Part shown: piece by piece, positions 17,860 to 27,124 of the stretch | How positions within the stretch are numbered: position 1 is the stretch's first letter | Layout of the letters: each line of letters opens with the position of its first letter | From: an uncultured Gemmatimonadales bacterium | GTDB lineage: Bacteria > Gemmatimonadota > Gemmatimonadetes > Longimicrobiales > Gaopeijiaceae | DNA length: 64,000 nucleotides | Direction: 5' to 3' | NCBI GenBank assembly: GCA_963809895.1 | Contig: CAWELD010000003.1 | Coordinates: 928,001 to 992,000 of the forward strand | Program-made: the position numbers and the translations under genes | The notes under the pieces: generated by a model | What the model was told of the DNA's origin: nothing | Seen by the model: only the letters and a program-made list of their open reading frames with translations | The model's database searches: none

Positions 17860-20498
17860 GCGGCCCTCGTCCGTGGCCTCCGCTGCGCTGGCTGCTGTCC
17901 AGGGTCCTGCCCCCGGGGCTCACCCGGGACGGATTGGTGGGTGACCTCGACGAGCTCTACCGCGAGCGCCGGCACGGCTCGGGCCGCGTGCGCGCCGATG
18001 CCTGGTACCTGGCTCAGGTCGCGACGGCGGCCTACCGCTACCTTCCCCGGCGTCTGGGCTTCGGCGGCCGCGCGGCGCCCAGGGCCCGACGCTCACGCCT
18101 CGGGGCCTGGCTCGGCGATCTGCGACAGGATGCCCGCTTCGGAGCACACACCCTGATCCGCCGGCCGCTGCTGGCCGTGGTCGCCGTGGTCACGGTGGCG
18201 TTGGGCGTAGGGGCCACCACGGTGGTCGTGAGCGTGGTGAACGCGCTCCTGGTGCGCCCCATGCCGGTGGCGGATCCGGGGAGCCTCTACGTGGTCAACG
18301 AGGATCGCTCCGGCCAGACCTCGAGCCCTCTGGGCGTGGAGGCCGTGCCCTACGAGCGCTACGTGGCGTATCGGGCAGCCCTCGGCGAGGTGTTCGCCAC
18401 CATGGGCGCCGAGCGCTTCGACAGCTACGCCCTCTCCACGGGGGATGGGGCGTCGGCGGAGTGGGGCTACGAAGTCTCCGGGGACTACTTCCAGACCCTG
18501 GACCTGGTGCCCGCCGCCGGTCGATTCATCACCGACGACGACGAGCCCTCCGTGGTGCTCGGCTACGGCCTGTGGAGGGCCCGCTTCGGCGGGGATCCCG
18601 CCGCCGTCGGACGGACTGTTCGCATCGACAGCCGGCCCTACACCGTCATTGGTGTGGCGCCTGCGGGCTTCCGGGGCACCACGCACGGGCTGGGGGGCGA
18701 TCTGTGGTTACCCATCGGGGCGCACGGCGGCGAGGGCTGGGTCACCTTCTTCGGCCGGCTCCGCCCCGGCGTGGAGCCGGTGCGGGCCAGGGAGGTGGCG
18801 GACGCGGTGGCCCGGGGCATCCCCCCACTCCAGCCTCAGAGCCGGGTGCGCGGGGCGGCCCTGGAGCCGCTCACGGGACTTCCCGAACTCGTGCGGCCGT
18901 ACGTCGAGCGCTTCCTCGCCCTGCTCGGGGGCATGGCGGTGCTGGTGCTCCTCATCGCCGGCGCCAACATCGCGGGAATCCTCCTGGCCCGGGGCGCGCG
19001 GCGCCGGCGGGAAATGGCAGTGCGCGTATCGGTGGGCGCCGGCCGCGGTCGCCTGCTCCGGCAACTCCTGACCGAAAGCGTACTGCTCTTCCTGGTCGGC
19101 GGCGCCGCCGGGGTGCTGCTGGCGGTGCTCGCCACGCACCTGCTCCAGGGGATCAGTCCTCCGGTGGGCTTCGACCTCGCCCTCGACCTGCATCCCGACC
19201 TCTCCGTGCTCGCGCTGGCCCTGCTGGTCGCCGGCGCGACCGGTATCGTGTTCGGGCTGGCGCCGGCCTTCCAGGCGTCCGGCGAAGATCCGGTACGGGG
19301 CCTCAAGGACCTGACCGGCGAGGCGGCCCGGGGGCGGAGAGGCCGAAGCTGGTTCGTGGGTGGCCAGGTGGCGCTGTCCGCGCTGCTCCTGGTGATGGCC
19401 GGGCTCTTCGTGCGCTCCCTGTACGAGGCCACCCGGGTGGAGCTGGGCTTCGACCCGCGGGGGGTGGTCATCTCCGCCATCGATCTGGGGCCCCACGGCT
19501 ACGACGAGGCCCGGGGCAGGGCCTTCCAGACGGCACTCCTGGAGCGGCTGCGCGCCGTGCCTGGCGTCACCGCCGTGGGGATGGCCACCGCGGTGCCGCT
19601 CTTTCCGATCGCGGGCCGAATGACGAGTGACGCGCGCACCGCCGAGGACCCCCCGGGCACGCGCCGCGCCAACGTGGCCTACAGTACGGTGGATTCCGGC
19701 TATTTCGACGCGGCGGGCGTGCGGGTGCTGGCCGGCCGGGGCTTCACGGCACAGGACGAGGAGGGTGCCCCGGCGGTGACCGTGGTGAACCGCACCCTGG
19801 CCGACCGCTTCTGGCCCGGACAGAATCCGCTGGGCCGACGCCTCCACCTGCTGGGCCGGGACTTCGAGGTGATCGGGGTGACGGCGCCCGGCAAGTACCT
19901 CTACCTGAACGAGGCGCCGAGCCCGTGGGCGTGGCTGTCGCTGAGGCAGCGCTATTCGTCGTCGGTCACCCTGCACGTTCGGTCCCGCCTCGGGCCCGCC
20001 GCGGCGCTGCTGGCCGTGCGGGAGGCCGTGGAGGCGCTGGACCCCGACGTGGCGCCGCGCACACAGATGCCCCTGGCGAGCGCCATCGACATCACGCTGT
20101 TTCCGCAGCAGCTCGCCGCGGTCCTGGTGGGCCTGTTCGGGCTCGTGGGTGCGGTGCTGGCCGCCGTGGGCGTCTACGGGATTCTCGCCCACGAGGTGGC
20201 GCGGCGCACCCACGAGCTGGGCATCCGTCTGGTGCTCGGCGCTCGGCCCGACGCGCTCCGACGGCAGGTGGTGGGACGGGGTCTGCGCGTCGTGGGCCTT
20301 GCCGTGGTCACGGGCCTCGGGCTGGCCGCCGTCTCGAGCCGAGCGGTGCAGGGACTCATGATCGGCGTGAGCCGCTGGGATCCTCTCACGTACGCGGGCG
20401 TCGCGACGCTCCTGGTGGGCGTCGCGGTGCTGGCGAGCTGGGTGCCGGCCAGGCGCGCCACCCGCGTGGATCCCTCGGAGGCGCTCCGGGCCGAGTGA
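17856..20498 (+). CDS. ADOP-type duplicated MacB/FtsX ABC permease
   Basis: GDLDELY leader, ANIAGILLARG..RRREMAVR, RQLLTES, LGFDPRGV, RTHELGIRLVLGA, PARRATRVDPSEALRAE; ATGA-coupled to padR. Confidence 0.93.
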   Translation: MSGPRPWPPLRWLLSRVLPPGLTRDGLVGDLDELYRERRHGSGRVRADAWYLAQVATAAYRYLPRRLGFGGRAAPRARRSRLGAWLGDLRQDARFGAHTLIRRPLLAVVAVVTVALGVGATTVVVSVVNALLVRPMPVADPGSLYVVNEDRSGQTSSPLGVEAVPYERYVAYRAALGEVFATMGAERFDSYALSTGDGASAEWGYEVSGDYFQTLDLVPAAGRFITDDDEPSVVLGYGLWRARFGGDPAAVGRTVRIDSRPYTVIGVAPAGFRGTTHGLGGDLWLPIGAHGGEGWVTFFGRLRPGVEPVRAREVADAVARGIPPLQPQSRVRGAALEPLTGLPELVRPYVERFLALLGGMAVLVLLIAGANIAGILLARGARRRREMAVRVSVGAGRGRLLRQLLTESVLLFLVGGAAGVLLAVLATHLLQGISPPVGFDLALDLHPDLSVLALALLVAGATGIVFGLAPAFQASGEDPVRGLKDLTGEAARGRRGRSWFVGGQVALSALLLVMAGLFVRSLYEATRVELGFDPRGVVISAIDLGPHGYDEARGRAFQTALLERLRAVPGVTAVGMATAVPLFPIAGRMTSDARTAEDPPGTRRANVAYSTVDSGYFDAAGVRVLAGRGFTAQDEEGAPAVTVVNRTLADRFWPGQNPLGRRLHLLGRDFEVIGVTAPGKYLYLNEAPSPWAWLSLRQRYSSSVTLHVRSRLGPAAALLAVREAVEALDPDVAPRTQMPLASAIDITLFPQQLAAVLVGLFGLVGAVLAAVGVYGILAHEVARRTHELGIRLVLGARPDALRRQVVGRGLRVVGLAVVTGLGLAAVSSRAVQGLMIGVSRWDPLTYAGVATLLVGVAVLASWVPARRATRVDPSEALRAE

Positions 20499-20524
20499 GC
20501 GGGGGTCGGGAATCCCCCCTGGGA

Positions 20525-21004
20525 CTACCGCAGCCCTCCGGCCCTCCCTATGGGCGTCATCTCGATACGCACGTCGACACCCCGCGTGTCGCGCGTGTCG
20601 CGGCGGTCCGCATAGCGAATGCACTGGCCCGAGGCGCCTCGCTCGGTGCAGACGCTCGTCACCCGCGTGGTGGCAGTGGAGCTGGCCTGCACCAGCCCGT
20701 AGAGTCCGCCCTCGTCGTCGTGGCGCACCCGCAAGGTGGTCCCGCACGCGGCAACCCGGGCTTCGGTGTTGGCCCACACCTCGTACTTGATGGGCGTGGC
20801 GCGGGGGGATTCACCGTCGCAGGTGACCCGTGCGAAGCGATCCGGAAGGAACTCGATGGTGCCGGCGAGGGGGGCGGTCGCGACGCCGCTGAAGCGCCAG
20901 GCGCCGCCGAACTCGAGAGGCGGCCCCTCGGGGGCGCCGGCGCAGGCGGCGGAAGCGAGGATCGACGCGACCACGGCGCTGAGCAGGGCAGTGAGACGGC
21001 TCAT
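20525..21004 (-). CDS. Hypothetical lipoprotein
   Basis: AGGAG RBS; MSRLTALLSAVVASILASAAC lipobox-like signal; two further Cys pairs. Confidence 0.7.
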   Translation of the reverse strand: MSRLTALLSAVVASILASAACAGAPEGPPLEFGGAWRFSGVATAPLAGTIEFLPDRFARVTCDGESPRATPIKYEVWANTEARVAACGTTLRVRHDDEGGLYGLVQASSTATTRVTSVCTERGASGQCIRYADRRDTRDTRGVDVRIEMTPIGRAGGLR

Positions 21005-21132
21005 GGGGAGGCTCCTGGTTCGGGGCTCGGGGCGTCCGCCTTCGTTGCGCCTCGTTCGATACCTATGCTAACCTCCCGCCGCCGTCGGCGCCGCCCGGCG
21101 TCGGAAAGGCCCCAACCCTCCGGAGGCAATCA

Positions 21133-21624
21133 GTGGACACCACCGAGTTCAACAAGATGTGCTGGGCGCAGGAATACCCGAACTTCCGCAAGGTCATCGC
21201 CGCCGTGGCCCACGACCAGATGGACTGGGCTCCCGACGACAAGTCCCGCTCGGCCCGCCGGCTCATCGGCCACATCATCGGCCACGTCCAGGATCTGTGC
21301 GAGCTGGTGGACGACGGTGTGATCCACCATCGGAACGAGGTTCCCTTCGACACGCTCGACGAAGGCCTGGAGGTGTTCGACGAGGCGTATCAGGAGCTGC
21401 AGTCCAAGCTGGCTTCACTGGACGCTGAAGGGTGGGCCACCTCGGCCGATTTCCTCGCCGGCGACCACCTCATCATGAACGCCCCGCGCGAGCAACTGTC
21501 CTGGATCTTCCTCTTCGATGCCATCCAGCACCGGGGGCAACTCATGACCCATCTGCGGCCCACCGGCCGACAGGTTCCGGCGGTGTACGGTCCGTCGGCG
21601 GATGCGGGGATGCCCGAGCACTAG
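21133..21624 (+). CDS. DinB family protein
   Basis: GGAGG RBS; WAPDDKSRSARRLIGHI, IQHRGQLMTHLR, VPAVYGPSAD. Confidence 0.9.
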   Translation: MDTTEFNKMCWAQEYPNFRKVIAAVAHDQMDWAPDDKSRSARRLIGHIIGHVQDLCELVDDGVIHHRNEVPFDTLDEGLEVFDEAYQELQSKLASLDAEGWATSADFLAGDHLIMNAPREQLSWIFLFDAIQHRGQLMTHLRPTGRQVPAVYGPSADAGMPEH

Positions 21625-21929
21625 CAGGTCGCTGAAGAAGAGGAGCACCCCGCGTTGGGAGCGCCACGGCCCCTCATCCTAGGCGAAGTGACGAAGGCAT
21701 AGCCAAAGCTACGTCGAGGCGCTTCAACGACGGAGGAGGGGCCGTGCCGCCCCAACCCACTGCCGTCCAAGTTCATAGGCCGCATATGGATGGGCGCATG
21801 GCGGTTCCGCGGTTGATCCATCGTCTCTCCTCCTCGCCGTAGCGCTGCTACGACTCGTCGTCGCTCCTTGCCTGAACGCGCGAAAGCGCCATGCGCGCGG
21901 GGTACTCCCCTTCTTCAGCGACCTGCTAG
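21621..21929. mobile_element. 309-bp MITE-like element, copy 1
   Basis: 34-bp terminal inverted repeats CTAGCAGGTCGCTGAAGAAG(A/G)GGAG(C/T)ACCCCGCG including terminal CTAG; no transposase; inverted copy at 30783-31091 with 7 substitutions. Confidence 0.88.
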
Positions 21930-21969
21930 AACGGGTTCCCTCGGGCGGCTCCCGGCCGCGCCCGGTGTC

Positions 21970-22113
21970 GTATCACATACGATGCGAGAGAGCAGCACAG
22001 AGTCCATTTGCATCGTATGTGATGCCTTTCCCTTGCGCTTCAGTGCCGTACGGTGCAGCTTCGTATATGATGCATCTCTCCCATGGGAGGGCTTTATGCC
22101 GCATATACGATTC
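21970..22113. promoter_or_regulatory. Four 16-bp quasi-palindromic operator-like boxes at the hipB-like gene
   Basis: GTATCACATACGATGC (21970), GCATCGTATGTGATGC (22010), GCTTCGTATATGATGC (22058), GCCGCATATACGATTC (22098). Confidence 0.7.
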
Positions 22114-22389
22114 ACGAACCGGCCCGATCCTGACGTGATGGCCGAAATCGGCCGGCGCCTGGCCCGGGCACGGAGATCCAGGGATCTGACGCAAGGGGAA
22201 GCCGCGGCGCAGGCGGGATTGGGACGCGCCACTGTCTCGCGCGCGGAGCGGGGCGAGAATCCCAACCTCCTCACCCTCGTGCGCTTGCTGCGGGTCTACG
22301 GCCGGCTCGACGCCCTGGAAGCCTTCCTGCCGGAGCCCGACGTCAGCCCCATGGCGCTGATCCGTTCGGCGGGGCGAAAGGATGCCTGA
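22096..22389 (+). CDS. XRE-family HTH antitoxin (HipB-like)
   Basis: GGAGG RBS; LTQGEAAAQAGLGRATVSRAERG HTH; overlaps the downstream HipA gene. Confidence 0.88.
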   Translation: MPHIRFTNRPDPDVMAEIGRRLARARRSRDLTQGEAAAQAGLGRATVSRAERGENPNLLTLVRLLRVYGRLDALEAFLPEPDVSPMALIRSAGRKDA

Positions 22390-23671
22390 GGTCTCGGCCT
22401 TCGCCGAGGTCCGCCTGTGGGGACGGACCGTGGGAGGCGTCGCCGAGCTCGACGACGGCGCCATCGTCTTCGAGTACGACGGGGAGTTCCGCACGTCGGG
22501 CCTGGAGATCTCGCCGATCCACCTGCCGCTGGCCATCCGGGGCCCGGTGCGTTTCGAGGAGCTCCGTCGCAAGGGGGGATTCCGGGGTCTGCCCGGGGTG
22601 CTGGCCGACGCCCTGCCCGATGCCTTCGGCACGCAGGTGATCCGGGCCTACTACACGGCGCGGGGCGAGCTGGACAAGGCCCTGTCGCCCGTGCAGCACC
22701 TGCTCTACGTCGGGGAGCGGGCCATCGGGGCCCTGTCCTTCCATCCGGCCGAGAAGCTGCCCCTGCGGGCCGCCGAGTCGGAGGCGCTGGAGGTTGCGGC
22801 GCTGGTGGCCGACGCCCGCCGCATCATCGCCGGGGACGCCGACGTGGCCATCCCCGAGATCTACCGCATCGGGTCGTCGGCCGGCGGCATGCGGCCCAAG
22901 GCCGTGGTCCTCTACAATCCCGCCTCCGGCGAGATCCGCTCGGCGTTCGCCCCGGCGCGACCCGGCGATGTGCCCGCCATCCTCAAGTTCGACGGGGTGG
23001 GGGAGGAAGGCGTGGAGCGGCGAATCGGCGAGCCACGGCCCTTCAACCGCGTGGAGGCCGCCTACGCGCGCATGGCCCGGGACGCCGGCCTCGACGTGGC
23101 CGAGGTCATCGTGCTCGAGAGTGACCAGGGCCACGCGCACCTCGTCATCCCGCGCTTCGACGACCCACTGGAGGGTGGCCTCCACCAGCACACGTTGGGG
23201 GGCCTGCTCCACCTGGACTACAACGATCCCGGCGCCAGCAGCTACGAGGAGTTCCTGCGCACCGTGCTACGGCTGGGGATGCCCCCGGCGGCGGTCATCG
23301 AGGGTTTTCGCCGCATGGTGTTCAACGTCCTCGCCGTGAACCAGGACGACCACGTGAAGAACCTGTCCTTCCACATGGACCGCGCCGGTACGTGGTCTCT
23401 CACCCCCGCCTACGACCTCACCTTCGCGCGCGGGGGCGGCTGGACGGCGAGACACCAGATGCGCGTGGCCGACAAGCAGTCGGGCATCACGCGCAACGAC
23501 CTGCTGGAGGTCGCGTCGACCTTCGGCATCCGGAACCCCGGGGCGGTGATCGACCGCGTCGCCGACGCCGTGGGCGACTGGCCCCGGTACGCGGCAGCGC
23601 AGGGGGTTCCCGCGAGCACGCTGGATCGGGTGGAGGACGCCCTGCAGGAGCGGGCGGAGGAAGTGGGGTAG
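22382..23671 (+). CDS. hipA: HipA family kinase toxin
   Basis: HipA N-terminal domain (LWGRTVG, FEYD, LADALPDAFG), GSSAGGMRPKA, NQDDHVKN, LTPAYDL. Confidence 0.93.
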   Translation: MPEVSAFAEVRLWGRTVGGVAELDDGAIVFEYDGEFRTSGLEISPIHLPLAIRGPVRFEELRRKGGFRGLPGVLADALPDAFGTQVIRAYYTARGELDKALSPVQHLLYVGERAIGALSFHPAEKLPLRAAESEALEVAALVADARRIIAGDADVAIPEIYRIGSSAGGMRPKAVVLYNPASGEIRSAFAPARPGDVPAILKFDGVGEEGVERRIGEPRPFNRVEAAYARMARDAGLDVAEVIVLESDQGHAHLVIPRFDDPLEGGLHQHTLGGLLHLDYNDPGASSYEEFLRTVLRLGMPPAAVIEGFRRMVFNVLAVNQDDHVKNLSFHMDRAGTWSLTPAYDLTFARGGGWTARHQMRVADKQSGITRNDLLEVASTFGIRNPGAVIDRVADAVGDWPRYAAAQGVPASTLDRVEDALQERAEEVG

Positions 23672-23792
23672 GGCGAGCACTCTTCGCCGCACGCCGCTCC
23701 GGCCCAGGCAGCCATGGGAGCGCCCCGGTCGTGGGATCATCCTGGACGGGTGGCGGACGCAGGCGCGTCCCGACTCCCCCCCGACCGAGGCT

Positions 23793-24050
23793 GTGGATGT
23801 GGCGAAGCGACGTTCCAACGGAAAGGAGCCGACTCGACCGGAGACCCTGACAGGCGTCCGGCTGAAGGAGCTCAACGGATACCTGGAGGCGCTCCTCGTT
23901 CGCGAGGCGTGCGACCAGACCCATCGTTTCACGCAGGAGTTCCTCGAGGCGCGTGGTATAGCGGTGCGACCGGCCCTCCGCTGGCTCCAGCACATGGGCG
24001 GATACTGCGACTGCGAGGTCTACCTGAACGTGACCCGAGCGGAGTGGTAG
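23793..24050 (+). CDS. DUF2695-like small Cys protein
   Basis: CDQTHRFT...WLQHMGGYCDCEVYLNV. Confidence 0.8.
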   Translation: MDVAKRRSNGKEPTRPETLTGVRLKELNGYLEALLVREACDQTHRFTQEFLEARGIAVRPALRWLQHMGGYCDCEVYLNVTRAEW

Positions 24051-24290
24051 CGGGCGCTCCCTGACGACCCCCTTCGGCCGGGTGGGGTGCGTCGTGGTCG
24101 CTCCGATACGGGCACTCCGACGTTGCGGTGCCAAGCGGGCTGATGCACCATGTTCTCACATGATCGGTCCGCCCCCCCGCCTCTCCAACGCCCTCGGCCG
24201 ACGGCGGATACGCCGTCCCGAGAGAGGCGCCTTGCGTGCGCCCCATCCGTGCCCGGACGTGACGCAGCCCTCGCACCCGACGTGCACCTC

Positions 24291-25949
24291 ATGACGGCGA
24301 GCACCTTCTGGGGCGAGCTACAGCGGCGGAAGATCGTCCAACGCGCGGTCCTGTACGGGATCGTGGCGTGGGTGGTGATCCAGGCCGCCGACATCGTGAT
24401 CCCGGCGCTCAACATCCCCGAATGGGGTGTGTCCCTGGTGGTGGTCCTCCTGGCCCTCGGTTTTCCCGTGGCCATGATCCTCGCCTGGATGTTCGACAGC
24501 CCGGCACAGGTGATCAAGGGCCAGCGCCGGCCTCCACGTTCGGCCCGCGACCGCCGGGGTGACGAGGCCGAGGGCGGTCCTCGTTCCATCGCCGTACTGC
24601 CTTTCGTCAACATGAGCGACGACAAGGACAACGAGTACTTCTCCGATGGGATGACCGAGGAGATCCTCAACGCCCTGGCGAAGGTCCCGGATCTGCGCGT
24701 GGCCTCCCGCACCTCGTCGTTCGCCTTCAAAGGCAGGGTGCAGGACGTGCTCGAAATCGCGGACGAGTTGCGTGTGGATACGGTGGTGGAGGGGAGCGTC
24801 CGCAAGGCGCAGAACCGGGTGCGGGTCACGGCCCAGCTCATCAACGCCGACGACGGCTACCACCTCTGGTCCGAGACCTACGACCGGGACCTGGAGGACA
24901 TCTTCAAGGTCCAGGACGAGATCGCCCGTTCCATCGTGGAGGCCCTGAAGCTCGAGCTCGTGGGCGAGGACACGGAGCACCTGGTCTCGCCCGAGACGGC
25001 GGACGTGGAGGCCTATACGCTCTATCTGAAGGGTCGCTTCTTCTTCAACCGGTACCAGGAGACCGATCTGCGCCGCAGTCTGGACCACTATGCCCAGGCC
25101 CTGGAGCACGATCCCGGCTACGGCCGCGCCTACGCGGGCATGGCCGACACGTGGATGCAGCTCGCCGACGACTGGGTGGCGCCGGAGAAGGCGTATCCGG
25201 AAGCGAAGGCGGCGGCCGAGAAGGCCATCGCGCTGGACGACAGCCTGGCCGAGGCCCACACGGCCCGCGGCAAGGTGCTGGGGTGGTTCGAGTGGGATTT
25301 CGATGGCGCGGAGCTGGCGCTTCGTCGCGCGGTCGGATCCAACCCGCGCTACGCCGACGCCCATTGGGGACTCGCCAGCGTCCTCCCCTCGAACGGACAG
25401 TTGGAAGGGGCCATCGAAGAGGCGCGCACAGCCCTGTCCCTGGACCCGCTCTCAGGCATCTTCAGCTACTGGTTGGCGCGCTTCCTCTACTTCGCGCGAC
25501 GCTACGACGAGTCCCGGGAGGAGGCCACCCGCGCGGCCGAGCTGGATCCGACGTCGTTCCGGCCTCACCTGGTGTTGGGCCTCTGTCATCTGATGGAGGG
25601 CCGGGCCGAGGACGCGCATGCGTCCTTCAGCCGATCGCTGGAGGTGAGCGGGGTGGTCTCGGCCAACGCCTTCATCGCCCGAGCCCTCGTGGCCGCCGGG
25701 CGGACGGACGAGGCCAGGGCCCTCCTCGCTCGCCTGGAGGACGGGGACGACTACGTACGCCACGAGTTCATGGCACCCGCCTATGCAGCGCTGGGGGAGC
25801 TGGATCGCGCCCTCGCCGCCCTCGAGACCGCCTACGAGGAGCGCTCGGCGGGGCTCGTCTACCTGCACGTGGATCCCAGCTACGACGACCTGCGAGGGCA
25901 TCCCCGTTACCAGGCCCTGGTAGAGCGCATCGGGCTGAGGTCGGGCTAG
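24291..25949 (+). CDS. Membrane-anchored TolB_N-like/TPR protein
   Basis: ELQRRKI plus two TM helices, SIAVLPFVNMSDDKDNEYFSDGMTEEILNAL, HLWSETYDR, TPR-like repeats, DPSYDDLRGHPRY. Confidence 0.9.
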   Translation: MTASTFWGELQRRKIVQRAVLYGIVAWVVIQAADIVIPALNIPEWGVSLVVVLLALGFPVAMILAWMFDSPAQVIKGQRRPPRSARDRRGDEAEGGPRSIAVLPFVNMSDDKDNEYFSDGMTEEILNALAKVPDLRVASRTSSFAFKGRVQDVLEIADELRVDTVVEGSVRKAQNRVRVTAQLINADDGYHLWSETYDRDLEDIFKVQDEIARSIVEALKLELVGEDTEHLVSPETADVEAYTLYLKGRFFFNRYQETDLRRSLDHYAQALEHDPGYGRAYAGMADTWMQLADDWVAPEKAYPEAKAAAEKAIALDDSLAEAHTARGKVLGWFEWDFDGAELALRRAVGSNPRYADAHWGLASVLPSNGQLEGAIEEARTALSLDPLSGIFSYWLARFLYFARRYDESREEATRAAELDPTSFRPHLVLGLCHLMEGRAEDAHASFSRSLEVSGVVSANAFIARALVAAGRTDEARALLARLEDGDDYVRHEFMAPAYAALGELDRALAALETAYEERSAGLVYLHVDPSYDDLRGHPRYQALVERIGLRSG

Positions 25950-25996
25950 CCGCCGTAGCCACCGCAGGGGAGGGCAGGGTAGGTTGGCCATGATCG

Positions 25997-26079
25997 GCCG
26001 GGGTGGCGAAACGGTAGACGCAGGGGACTTAAAATCCCCCGGGAGCAATCCCATGCGGGTTCGAATCCCGCCCCCGGCA
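25997..26079 (+). tRNA. tRNA-Leu (anticodon UAA)
   Basis: Acceptor GCCGGGG/CCCCGGC-A; anticodon arm GGGGA-CTTAAAA-TCCCC; long variable arm GGGA-GCAA-TCCC; T-loop GTTCGAATC; CCA not encoded. Confidence 0.97.
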
Positions 26080-26113
26080 CTTCGCGCACCGCTCTGTTCC
26101 CGGAGGAATGCCC

Positions 26114-26812
26114 ATGGATCTCTCGAAAGCCGCCCGCAGAGGCGTTTCGCTGACCCTCGCCGGCGTGGCCGTCATGGTCTACGCCACCTGGCTGGTCTTT
26201 TTCTGGGTCCCGACCGAGGCGCTCCAGGGGGTTGTACAGCGGATCTTCTACGTGCACGTGCCCGCCGCGTGGATCGCCGAATTCGCCTTCGGCATGGCTG
26301 CGGTCCTGGGCGCCACCTACCTCTGGCTTCGTGACGATCGGTTGGACGCCGCTGCGGTGGCTGCCGCCGAGGGGGGGCTCTTCTTCTCGGCCCTCCTGCT
26401 GATCGTCGGACCGCTGTGGGCCAAGGTCGCCTGGGGCGCCTTCTGGGTGTGGGAGCCACGGCTCACCCTGACCCTGCTGCTCGTCTTCATCTTCATCGGC
26501 TACTTCATGGTCCGGGGGTCCGCGCGGGATCCCGAGAGCGGCAAGCGCCTGTCGGCCATCGTCGCCATCGTGGGCGCGCTGGACATCCCCCTGATCCACG
26601 TGAGCGTGGTCTGGTTCCGCTCCCTTCACCCGGAGCCGGTGGTCGTACGACCCGATGGCCCGACGGCCGACGGAAGAATGCTGTTCACGCTCCTGGTGGG
26701 ATTGGTGGCCTACACGCTGGTCTTCCTCGGTCTCTTCTACCTGCGCTTCGCGGTCGAATGGGCCGCACGCCCGTCATCCTCGCTCAGACTCTCCCAGGCG
26801 GAGGCATCCTGA
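26114..26812 (+). CDS. ccmC: Cytochrome c biogenesis heme transporter CcmC
   Basis: QRIFYVHVPAAW, WWD motif GPLWAKVAWGAFWVWEPRLT, IHVSVVWFRSLHP. Confidence 0.92.
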   Translation: MDLSKAARRGVSLTLAGVAVMVYATWLVFFWVPTEALQGVVQRIFYVHVPAAWIAEFAFGMAAVLGATYLWLRDDRLDAAAVAAAEGGLFFSALLLIVGPLWAKVAWGAFWVWEPRLTLTLLLVFIFIGYFMVRGSARDPESGKRLSAIVAIVGALDIPLIHVSVVWFRSLHPEPVVVRPDGPTADGRMLFTLLVGLVAYTLVFLGLFYLRFAVEWAARPSSSLRLSQAEAS

Positions 26813-27024
26813 TGAAGACGCTCACCCGGGTCCTGCTCACCGGTCTCCTGATCGCCGTCCCGTCCTCCCTCGCGGCCCAGAGCAACGGCTTCGGCAGCGA
26901 CGCGCGCTCGCGTCTCATCGTCTTCCTCGCGTATGCCGCAGCCTGGGTCGTCATCGGCGCGTGGGTGTACCGCATCGGCGCGAAGGTCAAGCGGCTGTCG
27001 ATTCAGCAGGAGCCGAAGGGGTAG
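26812..27024 (+). CDS. CcmD-like small membrane protein
   Basis: Coupled to the ccmC stop; VFLAYAAAWVVIGAWVYRI followed by a basic tail. Confidence 0.7.
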   Translation: MKTLTRVLLTGLLIAVPSSLAAQSNGFGSDARSRLIVFLAYAAAWVVIGAWVYRIGAKVKRLSIQQEPKG

Positions 27025-27124
27025 GGCTCCGAGGGGAACGCGACACGCGATCCTTGTCCTGTCGGCGCGGCCGTGTATCCTGTGTGGCGGAGCGTAAACG
27101 CCAACCCGAGCCGCCCAGGATCCC

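Noticed and set aside
21970..22113. Spaced repeats as a mini CRISPR array
   Set aside because: Only 16 bp, degenerate, mixed orientation and no cas genes; they fit operators better.
25997..26110. tRNA-Leu as an island integration site
   Set aside because: No integrase, no duplicate of the tRNA 3' end seen, and ccmC follows immediately.
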